Below, piece by piece: positions 51,635 through 63,710 of a stretch of 64,000 nt of DNA. Made by a program: the position numbers and the translations under genes. Source of the DNA: an uncultured Methanomicrobiaceae archaeon (GTDB lineage Archaea > Halobacteriota > Methanomicrobia > Methanomicrobiales > Methanoculleaceae); the NCBI GenBank assembly GCA_963826525.1, contig CAWGXH010000004.1, positions 1,472,001-1,536,000 of the forward strand, given 5' to 3'. Position 1 is the stretch's first letter. Each line of letters begins with the position of its first letter. The notes under the pieces were generated by a model that saw only the letters and a list, made by a program, of their open reading frames with translations, was not told the origin of the DNA and did no database searches.

Positions 51635-54062
51635 TTACGCGACTTTCTGCAGCGTGAACCGGAAGGCCGCCCCTTCCTCCGGCCGGCCCGGGACCCGGTC
51701 ATCGACCCAGGTGCGCCCGCCATAGCGCTTGACCAGCGTCCGGACGATGTAGAGTCCAAGCCCCTCCCCTTTTCCTCTGGCCACGCCACGCTCGAACCGG
51801 GTGAAGAGCTTCTCTTTCATCTCGTCCGGCACACCGGGACCGGTGTCCTCGACCGAGACCCGCACTTCGCCGTTCTGCTCCTCGAAACCGATTACGATCT
51901 CCACGTCAGGTCCGCTGAATTTGACGGCGTTGCCGATGAGGTTCGTGAAGATCACCGGCAGGAGACCGTCTGCGAGCACGTCGACCCTTCGGCCGTCGAA
52001 CTGGATCGATGCACCGGGGAAGTTCTCAATTTCCTCCTTGATGATCGCATCGAGATTCATCGGTATCAGGCGATCGGATTCCTGCTGCAGCCGCCGGATA
52101 GTGGCAACGTTTCGGAGGATCTCGCTGCTTCGCTGGATGGCGTCCCGCAGTTTCCGGGCGTAAAGCCACTGGTCGCCGGCGAGCAGTCGACCAGGAGGTC
52201 GGCGTACATGCTCGGAGACGTTGTTCGCGTTCCGGACATCGTGGGTTATGATGTCCAGGTACATGTTCGTCTCATCGCGTGCTGCCTTGACTTCATGGTT
52301 GAGCCGGATGAGGTCGTCGGTGCGGCGCACAAGCACTTCTTCAGCCCGCTTACGCTTGGTGATATCTTGAATCGTGCCCATAACGCCAGGCTCGCTTCCG
52401 AACACTATCGGTGCACCACCCATTGATCCCCAGACTGCGGTGCCATCTTTTTTCCGGAGTTTTGCCTGAAAATCTCGGACGACTCCATCCTTTTTCATGA
52501 TATTTAGCCAGGCGTTTCTATCTTCGGCATTCCACCAAATGTCAGATGCCTTCGTACCCACCATCTCACCTGGCCCATAACCTACGATACGCTCAAAGGC
52601 TGGATTGGTGTACCGAAGCACGCCATCCATCGAACTTATGCCTGCTCCGATTGGAGTAACTTCGCTCAGTGCTTTAAAGCGCTGTTCACTCTCTTGTAAA
52701 GCTTCTTCGGCCCGCTTGCGCTCGGTGATATCGATATAAGCTCCTACCGCACCATATGGCCTCCCGTTCTCGTCCAGTAACGGCACGGCATTACCGAGCA
52801 GCCGATGCATCGTCCCGTCATCAAAGACCAGATCGAGCTCGGCCAGCTCCGCCGTCCGGCCGGTGGCGGCGGCCTTCTGCACGGGCAGTTCCGCCGGCGG
52901 GACCTCGATGCCGTCCTGCATCACCCGGAAATGCGTCGGCCGCTCTCCTTCGGGACCCGACTTTGAGAGGTTGCTTCCCTGCGGCAGGCGGAGAAGATCG
53001 TACGTCCTGCGGCTGCCGAGCATGGTCAGGCATTCGGGATCGACCGCGATGAAGACCGCTGCGGGTACCGCTTCCATGATCGCCTGCAGCTCCGCTGCCC
53101 GCCTCCGTTCTCGGGCCTCGCTCTCCCGCAACTCCGCTTCTGCACGCTTGCGCTCGGTGATGTTGCGTGCATTCACGACGAAACCCCGAACGGCAGGCTC
53201 TTCCAGGAGATTGACACCGGTCACATCAAAGTACTGCCAGCCTCCTGAGCTGTCCCGGATCCGGGCTTCATAGTAACCTTCTCTTTCGGATGGGCGGCAA
53301 GAGTGCGCAGGCCGTCCATCGCCAGCGGCAGATCGTCGGGATGAATCAGTTTAAAGCCGCTTCTCCCGATAAGATCTTCGGCCGCATACCCCCCGACCTG
53401 TTTCGCCGAAGGAGTTTTATACCGAATATGTCCTTCTGCATCGAGAACGACGACGATATCCGAGGCATTCTCGGTGAGCAGCCTGAATCGCTCCTCACTC
53501 TTCCGTAATGCCTCTTCCACCCGTTTGCGTTCGGTGATCTCCTCGACAACGATATTGATCGCGACGACCCGCCCCCGGTCGTCCTTGAGCGGCCACCAGT
53601 TTTCCTTCCAGCAGCGGGCTACGCCGGGCTGTGCCGGCGTCTCTCCCCGAATCTCGAGATCGAGAACAGGTTCACCCGTTTCAACCACCCTTCGGACGAG
53701 GTCTTCAGCCACGTCCGCAAGATCCGGGACAAGTTCACGGACTCTCTTCCCGATATGTTCCTCGACGGAAAGCCCGTTCAGTTCGGCAAGTTGCCGGTTG
53801 ACACGGAGGTACCGGGTATCCGTGTCGAGCAGGCAGAGCCCGATCGGTGCCGACGCATAGATGACATCGAGCTCCAAGTGATCTTTCGCATAGTCCTCGT
53901 TTCCCCAAGAAGCTCTTTCAAAGCGTTTCAATTGTTCATTCTCACGTCGAAGGGTATCAATCTCCGCCTGAAGTCTTTGACTTCGGCGGAGAGATCCCGT
54001 GCCGCTTCGTCCCGCCTGGTGGGATCGGTTTTTTCCTGTTGGGTTCCTGGGGGTGCTGGCAT
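51635..54062 (-). CDS. Multi-PAS histidine kinase (frameshifts; start approximate)
   Basis: Four PAS domains with DITERKR linkers, YLDIITHDVRN, and NAVKF/DTGPG/GLGL boxes. Confidence 0.85.
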
Positions 54063-54259
54063 CAGAATCGGGACTCCTATTTAAAGCAGTATCAGTGAAT
54101 TTCCCATGCAGGGTAATAACAATAGCACTCTACGTGCATGCGTAGGGACACCCCGAGTAAGGTTATAGCAACTGCTTGTCAGCAAACAAAGGTCTGTTTT
54201 TTAAAATTATCGTAGTCAGGACGGCAAATGCAAGAATCTGGATGTTAACCAGCGAACGA

Positions 54260-54419
54260 CCGGGCGAGACTCCTCACTCGCGCTGCTCGCTTCGGAACAT
54301 CGCCCTGGTTTTTCCCCGGTGTCCGGTACCGCGGACGCCCTCACTCGCTCGGCGAGGCCTCGCAGCGTGACGGCTGCTCCTGCCCGCCGCTCGCATCACC
54401 GGCTCCGGCCCGGGCATGC
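54260..54419 (+). repeat. Structured repeat, partial copy C
   Basis: Matches the 5' ~160 bp of copy B. Confidence 0.85.
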
Positions 54420-54725
54420 ATCAAGGCTGCTGTTCGGTAAAGCAATCCTTAAATACCCGTAATCCCGGCCGAATCCGCCGAAAAAACCACCCTCACAGAA
54501 GCCCACAGACGGCCGATCTCGAGGCGAGGCAGGGTATCCATCCTCCGAAAATTACTGCCCCTCATATGGCCATTATACCTCGATGAATCTGCCGTATTTC
54601 TGGAATCAGGCCGATATGCTTTGGTTTCTATATCGGCTGGAATCCGCCTCTCTGGAATCAGCGTTAAAATCTGAAAAGGGCGGCAATTTACCCTTCTTTC
54701 AGGACGGGGTGAGGGGCGTTCCCTC

Positions 54726-55947
54726 TCACGCCAGATCGTTGCGCCGGAGGAACTCCCGGATCGCCCGGGACTCGACCCATCCCTGGTCGAGCTGCCTGAC
54801 GATATCGTTGATTCGCCTCACCTGCGTCTGGATACTCGCGGCGGTCTCCTCGTCGGCCATGAGATCCGCCCTGGCCATGATCACCTGCAGCGGGTGGCGG
54901 ACGTGGTCGCCGAGGATCGCGAACTGCTCCATGTTCTGCTCTATCTGGGCATACGCCTGCCGCCGGATCGCTTCGTGATGTTTCCGATCGGTGATGTCGT
55001 ACATGATGCCGTGGCTCGATACGGCCCTGGCCGGCGGCATCGCAGGCGAACCTGCGGACCGAGTGCATCCAGCGCACTTCGCCGTTCGGCAGGCAGACGC
55101 GGTAGTCCATCACGAAATCCTTCCGGTCACGGATACTCCGCTCGAGCTCCGCGAGGACGTGTTCGCGGTCTTCGGGATGCAGCCGGTCAACCAGAGCGGC
55201 GTGGCCTGGTTCGACGCTCCCGGGTGCATATCCCAGCAGCTCGAACTGCCGGGGGTTCCACTCCGACCTGTCGTTCTCGAGATCCCAGAACGATACCCCG
55301 GCCTGTATGGCGTCCAGTGCCAGTGCCAGCTTGTCACGGCTTCTGCGCAGTTCACGTTCAGCCATTTTGCGCTCGGTAATATCTGAGAAGACGGCGACAC
55401 CGTACCGGGGAGCGCCTCCCGAGCAGGTGACGGGTGCGGTGCTGACCTCCATGTACCTGGTGGTGCCGTCTGCCCGGAGGAATGCGATCTCTTCATCCGT
55501 GACCCGCTCCCCGGTAGCGATCGACCGGGAGAGAGGCCACTCGTCAGGCCGGTACGGCCGTCCGTCAGGGTGAAACCCGATATCTCCGAATCGCTCCTGC
55601 GCTTCGTCGGCGGGGAGGTAATGACGCCGCAGGATGCGGTTTACCTGTTTATTGCCGAGGACAAACTCCCCGGACGGCGCTTCGACGATAAGCACACCGG
55701 CCGGCATCTGGTCGATCACCGCCCGGAGCATGCCACGCTCGGTCTCGACCTCATCCACGAGACGCTCGCACTCCCGCTCGGCTTTGTGGGCACGCTCTTT
55801 AAGTGCATCTGCACATTCTTCGAGTGCGTTGATCCGGCCTACAAGAGTATCGATGAGGCGGCGATCGGCAGGATCAGCCCGTTCCCGGAGTTTCTGCAGG
55901 GCTGCATGTGCCTGTTCATCTGCGTGCGTATCGGCGGACCCGTTCAT
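54726..55947 (-). CDS. PAS-PAS protein ending in a HisKA-like helical hairpin, without an ATPase domain (frameshift near 55030)
   Basis: PAS with PDGRPY..EWPL.R and a PAS_3-like domain; tail QFAILGDHVRHPLQVI...LDQGW.ES. Confidence 0.8.
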
Positions 55948-56023
55948 GCATATACCTCGTGTATCCCTTGTTCTTCACCGTCGGCCCTCATGGCCTTTCT
56001 GCTTCGGGTACAGTGCCCTTCGC

Positions 56024-58403
56024 TCAGGCATGATCCGCCTTCCGAAGCGTGAATTTGAACGCCGCTCCTTCATCAGGAGAGCCCGGCACCCGGTCGTCGA
56101 CCCAGACCCTCCCGCCGTAGCGTTCGACCAGTGTTCGGACGATGAAAAGCCCGAGCCCCTCTCCGCTTCCCTCGGGCCATGCCCCGTTCGAACCGGTGGA
56201 AGAGTTTCGCCTTCACCTCGTCCGGCACGCCCGGGCCGGTGTCTTCGACCGAGACCAGCACCTCGCCGTCCCGCTCCTCGACCCGGACGGTGATTTCGAC
56301 GTCGGGACCGCCGAACTTCACGGCGTTGCCGATGAGGTTCGTGAAGACGGTCGGGAGGAGGCCGTCTGCCAGCACCTCGACCGGAGGATCGATCGTACCG
56401 GATCGATGCATCGGGGAAGGCTTCGATCTCACTTCGGATGACGGCATCGAGGTTCACCGGCACCAGGATGACCGGATTCCTGCTGTGCCCGCCGGATGGT
56501 GGCGACGTTCCGGAGGATCTCACTGCTCCGGTCGATGCTGTCGTGCAGTTTCTCTGCATAGGTCTTCAGGTCTCCTTCCGCCAGGTCGGCCAGGAGATCG
56601 GCGTACATGCTCGAGACGTTGTTCGCGTTCCGGACATCGTGCGTCATGATGTCGACGTACATGTTCGCCTCGTCGCGTGCCGCCTCAACCTCCTGACTCT
56701 TCCTGATAAGGTCGTCGGTGCGGCGCCGGAGCGCTTCTTCCGCCTCTTTGCGCCTGGAAATGTCACGCATCACCAGCATTGAGGCAGGTTTGCCTTTGTA
56801 CCTGATCTGCACTTGGGAGTTCTCTACATCTGCTCTCTGCCCGTCCAGGCGGATGATCTCGACCTCCACGGGCGAAACGCTCTCCTTTGCCAGGCTCTCT
56901 CGAGACCGTGCATCGATGAGTGCGTGGTACTCGGGGTGGACGAGGTCGAAGATGGTTTTGCCGGCGAAGTCCTCCGGCGACGATGCGCGGAAGAGACGAA
57001 CCGCTGCCGGGTTTGCGTAGATGTAGTCCTCGTCCTGCTGGAGCAGAATTGCCTCCGGGGAGAGTTCGACCAGAATGCGGTAGCGCTCTTCGCTCTCTTT
57101 TAAGGCTATCTTCCGCCCTCTTCCGGTCCGTATCATCGTACATATAGGCACGTGTTCCAACGAGTTCTCCGGTATCGTCAAAGATGCCTGTCAGGTTCGC
57201 AACGATATTGACCAGCCGGCCGTCCCGGCGGCGCAGGGTCATTGTGTGATGGTAGAGTGTTCTCTCCTGCCGGAGCCGGCTTAGGAGATCGGCTCTCTCC
57301 TGGGGGTCCGGGTAGAGCAACGCGATGTTGCTCTCGAGAGCCTCGTTCAGGGATGTAAACCCGAAGATTGCGAGAAATGCAGGGTTACAGGCCTGAATCC
57401 GCCCGTCGACAGAGACCTGGCTGTCGCCGGTGAGGTCGTCCCAGAAGAACCGGGCGTACTTCTCCTCGCTCTCCCGCAGGTCCTCTTCCGCCCGCTTGCG
57501 TTCGGTGATATCCTGGGTTATCCCGAAACCTCCGAGCAGCCCGCCGGCATCGTCGAACTCCAGGTAGGCCTTCTCCCGCACCCATTTTACACGCCCGTCC
57601 ACCAGAATGCGGTGCTCGATGTCGTAGGGCTCGCCAGAGAGTCCCGCCTTCCATCGGGTGTCCACGTACTCCCGGTCATCGGGGTGGACTAAACTCAGGA
57701 ACGTCTCGTAGGTTAGCGGTGTCCCTCGTGGCACTCCGAATATGCGGTGATTCTCGTCCGACCATGTCAGGACGTTCCGGTCGATATCCAGCCGCCAGCT
57801 TCCAATCTGGCCGACGGTCTGTGCCCGGTCAAGATCTTTCCGGCTCTCCCGCAGTGCCTCTTCCGCCTGCTTCCGCTTGGTGATATCGGTGGCGACGACC
57901 CGGAGCCGGGGCGTATCGCCGCCTGCGACGCTCTTCCCCTCGAGCAGCACCAAGGCGGGTTCGCCCTCCGCCCGCTTCAGCCGGACGTCGCAGGCCTCTT
58001 TCATATCCGAGGTCATCGCCCGGGCAAGGAACTCGTTGAACTGTTTGAGACTCTCCCGTTCGAGGAAGAACTCGAATCGCGCTCCGATCAGCCGCCCGCG
58101 TACCCTGCCGAGCAGCGACGCCCCGGCGAAGTTCGTCTCCAGGATCTCGCCGTTCAGATCCAGCGTGAAATACCCGATCGGCGCGAACTCGTAGAGGTCG
58201 CGGTACTTCTCTTCGGAGGCCTGCAGATCGCGCTGCAGATCCTGCAGCGCCTCGTTCTGGAGCTCGAGCTCGACCTGGTGCACCTCGAGCTCGTGATAGA
58301 GTCTCCGCACGTCCTGCTCGGGGAGGTCTCCGGCGTGTCCTTTCTTCCGCACCTCGTCCTCGGCGCGTCGCCGGAGGTCTGGGTCTGACGATCTCTCCGG
58401 CAT
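56024..58403 (-). CDS. Multi-PAS histidine kinase of the type found after CheB/CheR fusions (several frameshifts)
   Basis: LRRRAE...HELEVHQVELELQNEAL leader, 4 PAS domains, YVDIMTHDVRN and NAVKF/DTGPG boxes. Confidence 0.85.
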
Positions 58404-58413
58404 GGTGATCAGT

Positions 58414-58826
58414 TCACTCGGGTGCGGTTTCCTCATGTGTTCCACCGGCCTCTGCTTCCGGACGGCCGGTGACGTCCTTGATGGCGAGCGGGATCAGGTT
58501 GGGCCGGTTGCGAAGGGGATCCGCCGGCATATGCGTGAAGAACTGTTCGAGCGCCTGCAGCCCTCCCGACGATGCCCCGATCCCGACGATGCCCCGATCC
58601 CGACGATGCCCCGATCCCGACGATGCCCCGATCCCGACGATGCCCCGATCCCGACGATGCCCCGATCCCGACGATGCCCCGATCCCGACGATGCCCCGAT
58701 CCCGACGATGCCCCGATCCCGACGATGCCCCGATCCCGACGATGCCCCGATCCCGACGATGCCGATGACTTCGCTCGATCGACCTCCGGATTCGTGTGTG
58801 TTCCTGGTCTCTGTATTCTGCGTCAT
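58414..58826 (-). pseudogene. cheB: CheB/CheR-PAS fusion remnant (N-terminal CheB motif joined to a PAS C-terminal tail)
   Basis: IVGIGASSGGLQALEQFFTHMPAD followed directly by LIPLAIKDVTGR. Confidence 0.7.
58565..58763. repeat. Perfect 17-bp tandem repeat (cccgacgatgccccgat), 11 full copies + 12 bp
   Basis: Counted directly; units start every 17 bp from 58565 to 58752. Confidence 0.97.
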
Positions 58827-59398
58827 GGGTCGTTTCCCGAAAAATTTTGCCGAAGGTTTCCATCTCCCCTTGCCGTGCACCACCGCCGGTGGAAGGGAGG
58901 TGCCGGGTTGGTATATTAATCTAGAGTGGGTGGGCGATGCTTCTTTAACTCTTCGTTCGCACCACACCTCTCCTCCGAGATGCGTTCTCTGGGAGAAAAA
59001 CTCTGCAGGACGGCCTGCGTAGGGGAACAGAGCGTTTCGAGGGACAGGTTTGCGTTTTCCCCCGACGCTTTCGCTGCACACGGAAAATGCGCCCCTCGTG
59101 GGGGCGGCAAAAGAATGTTCGCAGAATAGCCTTCTTTCAGGACGAAAGAGAGGGGTGTTCCCTCCCTCACCCGAGCGCCGGCATGCCGTCCGCCCAGGTC
59201 TCGACCGTGGTGCGGATAGCGTCGTCCTGGTAGGACGTGACATACGTAGATCTCGCCGGACGGGTCGTGGCACGTGAGCCGGCACGAGTAGGTTGCCCAC
59301 CGTGTCACTTGGTGCCCGTGCAGAGAGCGGGCCTGTGTTGGAGAAGGGATCTGCCGGTGCTCGAAAACTATGCAGCCTACCAATGCCCATAGGCATCT

Positions 59399-62300
59399 TC
59401 AACGTCGTCTTGGATCACGCAGCCTCTTCTCCGGGAATTGCATCACGAACACCATACCATCCTCCGAATCGATCGCCAGCGTTCCTTTCAGCTGAGATGT
59501 GACCAGCCGTTTGACCAGTTTCAGGCCGAGTGAACTCGCTGAATCACTGTCATAGTTGTGAGGGAGCCCTCTGCCGTCATCCCCGACAATGAGCGTGAGC
59601 ATGCCGTTATTGTCCCGTGACAGAGCGATACGGATAGTCCCCTCCGATCGGCCGGTGAATGCATACTTGATTGCATTCGTCATCAGTTCGTTGATAATAA
59701 GGCTGCAGGGAATAGCCGTATCGAGGTCCAGGGAGAGATCCTCAATCTCTGTGTCAAGCCGAATATGCGTTGTAGTGCTCTCGGAGTAAAGAAGATTGGT
59801 AGCAAGGTTTTGGATGTGTTCACGGGCATTGATGCGGGCGAGATTGCTGGACTGATAGAGGCTCTCGTGCACCATTGCCATGGCCATAATCCGGTTTTCG
59901 CATTCGCGGAGGTAGTGTATGATTCTCGGATCGCCGATGCACAGGGATTGGAGGTTGAGCAGCCCGGATATGATCTGGAGGTTATTTTTGACGCGATGAT
60001 GGATCTCCATCAGGAGAACCGACTTCTCATCGATTGACGCCTGCAGACTGCGTTTCATAGTTCTTTCGTTCGGTGATGTCGCGTGCCGCCGCAAAGACGC
60101 CGGTGACCTTCCCGTCTTCACTGCGGTAGACGGTTGCATTATAGAGCACCGGGGTCGTATGCCCGTCCCGGTGCCAGATTTCCAGTGGGTAGTCCCGCAC
60201 CCGCCCCTCCGCAAAGACTTTCTGGTATCCAGCCCTCGCCTCTCCGGGATTGGTGAAGTAGTCGGAAAAGTCGGTCCCGATCAGTTCGTTGCGTGTGTAT
60301 CCGGTCACCTGCTCAGTGGCGGTATTCACGTCGGTGATTCTTCCGTCGAGACCGATGGTAACGAGCGGGTCAAGATTGGCCTCGATGAGGCTGCGGTTAT
60401 AGGTATTTGCTGCTTCAAGGGCCTCTTTTGCCCGTTTTTGCTCGGTGATGTCGTTAAAGACCCCTACCGCACCATAGGAGTTGCCATTCTCATCCAACAA
60501 TGGCACGGCGTTGCCGAGCAGGTATCGTATCGTCCCGTCGTCGAAGACCAGATCGAATTCGGACTGATGTAATGGCTGACCGGTGGCGGCGGCTTTTTGC
60601 ACGGGCAATTCTTCCGGCGGCACCTCGGTGCCGTCTTTCAGCACATAGTAATGCGCTGGCCGTTCATCGTCGGGTGCTGATTTTGAGAGATTGCTTCCCG
60701 GCGGCAGGCGAAACAGATCGTAGGTCCAGCGGCTGCCGAATATGAAGCGGCATTCAGGATCGAGCGTGATAAAGACCGTAGCCGGAACCGCCTCCATGAC
60801 CGCCTGCAGTTCCGCCGCCCGCCGCCGTTCCCGCTCCTCGCTCTCCCGGAGCGCCTCTTCCGCCCGCTTGCGTTCGGTGATATCCGTGAACATAGCAAAT
60901 GAGCCGATGACGTTACCGTTTTCATCCCTCTTTGGTGTTGCCGACACCAAAACCCATCGGGCTGTTCCGTTTCTGTGTTTTAAACGGCATTCATACTTGC
61001 CACGATGGCCGTCCTGCCGCTGTGCCTGGAGGGCGGTATGGAGTTCCTTGATATCCTCCTCAAAGAGAAACTCCGGCACTGGCCTACCGACCATCTCATC
61101 AACGCCGTAGCCCAGCATCGCTGCCATCGTGGGATTGACTCGCAGGGTGACGTGCCGGTCATCCTGCTCCCATATTCCCTCACTGGCGGTCTCGACAATC
61201 GTACCGGTAGCTCTCCTCGCTCTTCCGCAGTGCCTCTTCCATTTCTCTCTTTTCTGTTATGTCCAGGAATGTTCCGATTGCTGCCGGTTCGCCGTAGTAC
61301 GTCATTGTAGTGCCGTAAACCTGCAGAACGATCTTCCTGCCCGATGCTGTGATGCCGCGCACCTCGCACTTGAGCGAATCCTCGTTCTTCTTCCCCTCTC
61401 GACGATACTGCTCGTAGAGCGCTGCCAGATCGTCGGGATGCACCCAGGATTCAAAGGATCTTCCGAGCAAGGCGTCCTTATTGGCACCAAGTATCTTCGC
61501 ACCGCGAGGATTGATGTAGTGTATCACCCCGTTCTGGATGAGATAGGTGCCGACAAGTGACTTTTCGACCGGCTTTTTGAACAGCTCATTCATTGTGGTG
61601 CGAATAATGGCAGAGCCGATGATCGTGGCCGCTGCACGCAGGGCATCTATCTCGGTCTGCGTCCATTTCCGCTCGATGGTGCAGTCATCGAACCCTATAA
61701 AACCCCACCAGCGCGAGTCAACGAAAATAGGGAGCACAATGAGTGAAAGGGTGCCCTGCGGTTCGAGATGGGCTCGTTCGCATTTTGGGAAATCCCTGAT
61801 CCGGCCGCAGATCGATTTGCCCGATGAGAGAGTCTCATACCAACGGAACAGATCTCCCTGATAGGGGACGTTCTGCAGTTTGTTTTTCCCTCCTAGGGTG
61901 GAAACTCCCGGTTTTGTCCATTCCCAACGGAAACTGGTGCTGGGGAATCCTGTGCGCGGATCGGTGCGGTTCTCAAAGATGTATGCCCTGCTGGCACCGG
62001 CAGCCTCACCGAGGTTTTGCAGGACTTCGTCAATGCGGTTGTTCCAGGTATCGTCGCTCAAAAAACGTTCTGCTGCGAAGCTCACCGCACGCAATATCGC
62101 ATCGCGCCTGTGCAACGCTTCCTGTGCATGTGTTCGCTCGGTGAGATCCCGAACAATCCCAAAGATTACGTCCTCATCGTCCCAGCGCCCGGTGGAAACA
62201 CGCGTCTCGACCGGCAGTGCCGTACCGTCTCTCTTCATCACCGGGAGCGTACAGAAGTGGCATGTTCCCTGGAGCATATCTTCAAAAATCTGTTTTGCCT

Positions 62301-63309
62301 CATTCTGCAGATCGGGGGGATGCAGATCGGGGAACGTTAAGGCCTGCAACTCAGCGGGTGTATACCCAAGAGTGCTGGCGGCGGCAGGGTTCGTATAGAG
62401 TATCTGTCCCTTTTTGTTGGCAACGAGTATCACGTCATCCAGCCTCTCAAAGAGCGACTGGAGATAATTTTTATATTTGAGGACCGCCTCCTCCGCCGAG
62501 ATCCGTGCGATGACAGCACCGATCATCGGGGAACAGGCTTCGAGATCTGCCCTTCTATTTAGCGGAACCTCTTCAGCGGTGTACGAGCCGATATTGAAAC
62601 AGCCGATAACTCTCCCTTTATTCCGAATCGGAATAATTGCAATCGCTTTGAGATCTTCGGATGCTGCGGGTTCGTGAACCAGAGCCGATACACCTGCACC
62701 GGTTGTATAGATAGGCCTTCCCTGCAGTACGACCTGTACGTGACCGGAATCCGCCGGATACCACGAAGCACGTTTTCGGAAATCTTCCGATAGATTCACT
62801 CCGTGGATGAGATATAGGTTCCCGGAGACAGGATTCCGGAGATAGAGGGCGCCGCAGTTCATGCCGGAGATCGCAAGGGCTGCTTTCACGCAGAGATCTG
62901 CTGCCTCTGCGATCGACGACGTTGCTGCGAGAGCGATGCCAAGCTCCCGCTGGATCGCTTTCCGGCGTTTGGCAGATTTTTTTTCGGAGAGATCTCTGAG
63001 GGTAATGAGATGCGCATTCATTCCATGGAATGGTATTTCTGTTCTGTGCCCTTCGACCCACCGTTCACTTCCGCGCAGATCGGTGAAGCCGAATCGGAGT
63101 TTCCCGGAATCATGGGCCCAGCACGCAGGTTCCGCACATCGAGAGAAGTTTATTCCGACAAGTGCTGCGGGACGGTCCGCTCCGGCGAGGGATGCGGCGG
63201 CAGAATTGGCAAAGAGCACTGCTCCGTCTGGATCAACAATGAAAACAGCATCAGGCATCGCATCGGCGATGCGCTGTAGGATTGTCTCCTGGTCGTCGGT
63301 GTTGCTCAT
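59399..63309 (-). CDS. Large PAS/GAF histidine kinase, HisKA_2 type (frameshifts near 61180 and 60060)
   Basis: PAS-GAF-PAS-GAF-PAS-PAS-PAS-PAS; [28 protein letters not shown] and SLGL motifs. Confidence 0.85.
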
Positions 63310-63414
63310 GGGTATCCCGAAAGAACGATTGTATTCCCAGCCTGCGGAGTCGCCCGGTGCAAGGGTGGAGCTGACCTGGCGATCCGCCATGTGTCCCGGT
63401 TACCCTAGGTCACC

Positions 63415-63710
63415 TCAACCGGGTTGGTGCACGCGATACGCAGCATGATGCTTGGAGACAGACTTCCTGATCGTATCCGATTCAAGTGCTCCCCGGTCAA
63501 GCCGGTAAATCACGGCGTTTATCTGTTGCACCTGCTCATGTATCTTTTCTGCGGTTTTCTGATTGCCTGTAACATCTGTCCATCCGAGGAACGCCTGGAG
63601 GGGATGGCAGTTATTGTCTCCGAAGATAGCAAACCGTTTCAGATTCTGTTCAAGTTGGTGCAGCGAGGTCTCATGCCGTGCCTGAGAGCATTCTGTGTGA
63701 TCTTCATGCC
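63415..63710 (-). pseudogene. Degenerate remnant of the same HisKA-like tail as 54726..55040
   Basis: QLEQNLKRFAIFGDNNCHPLQ...QVQQIN...LDRGALES. Confidence 0.55.

Noticed and set aside
58565-58763. Possible CRISPR array
   Set aside because: The units are contiguous 17-mers without spacers, and there are no cas genes.
431-63309. Mass pseudogenisation or programmed frameshifting suggested by frameshifts in many genes
   Set aside because: The breaks are scattered single-base indels in otherwise well-conserved genes of all kinds, with no accompanying decay. This is typical of unpolished long-read sequence. Short-read polishing would settle it.
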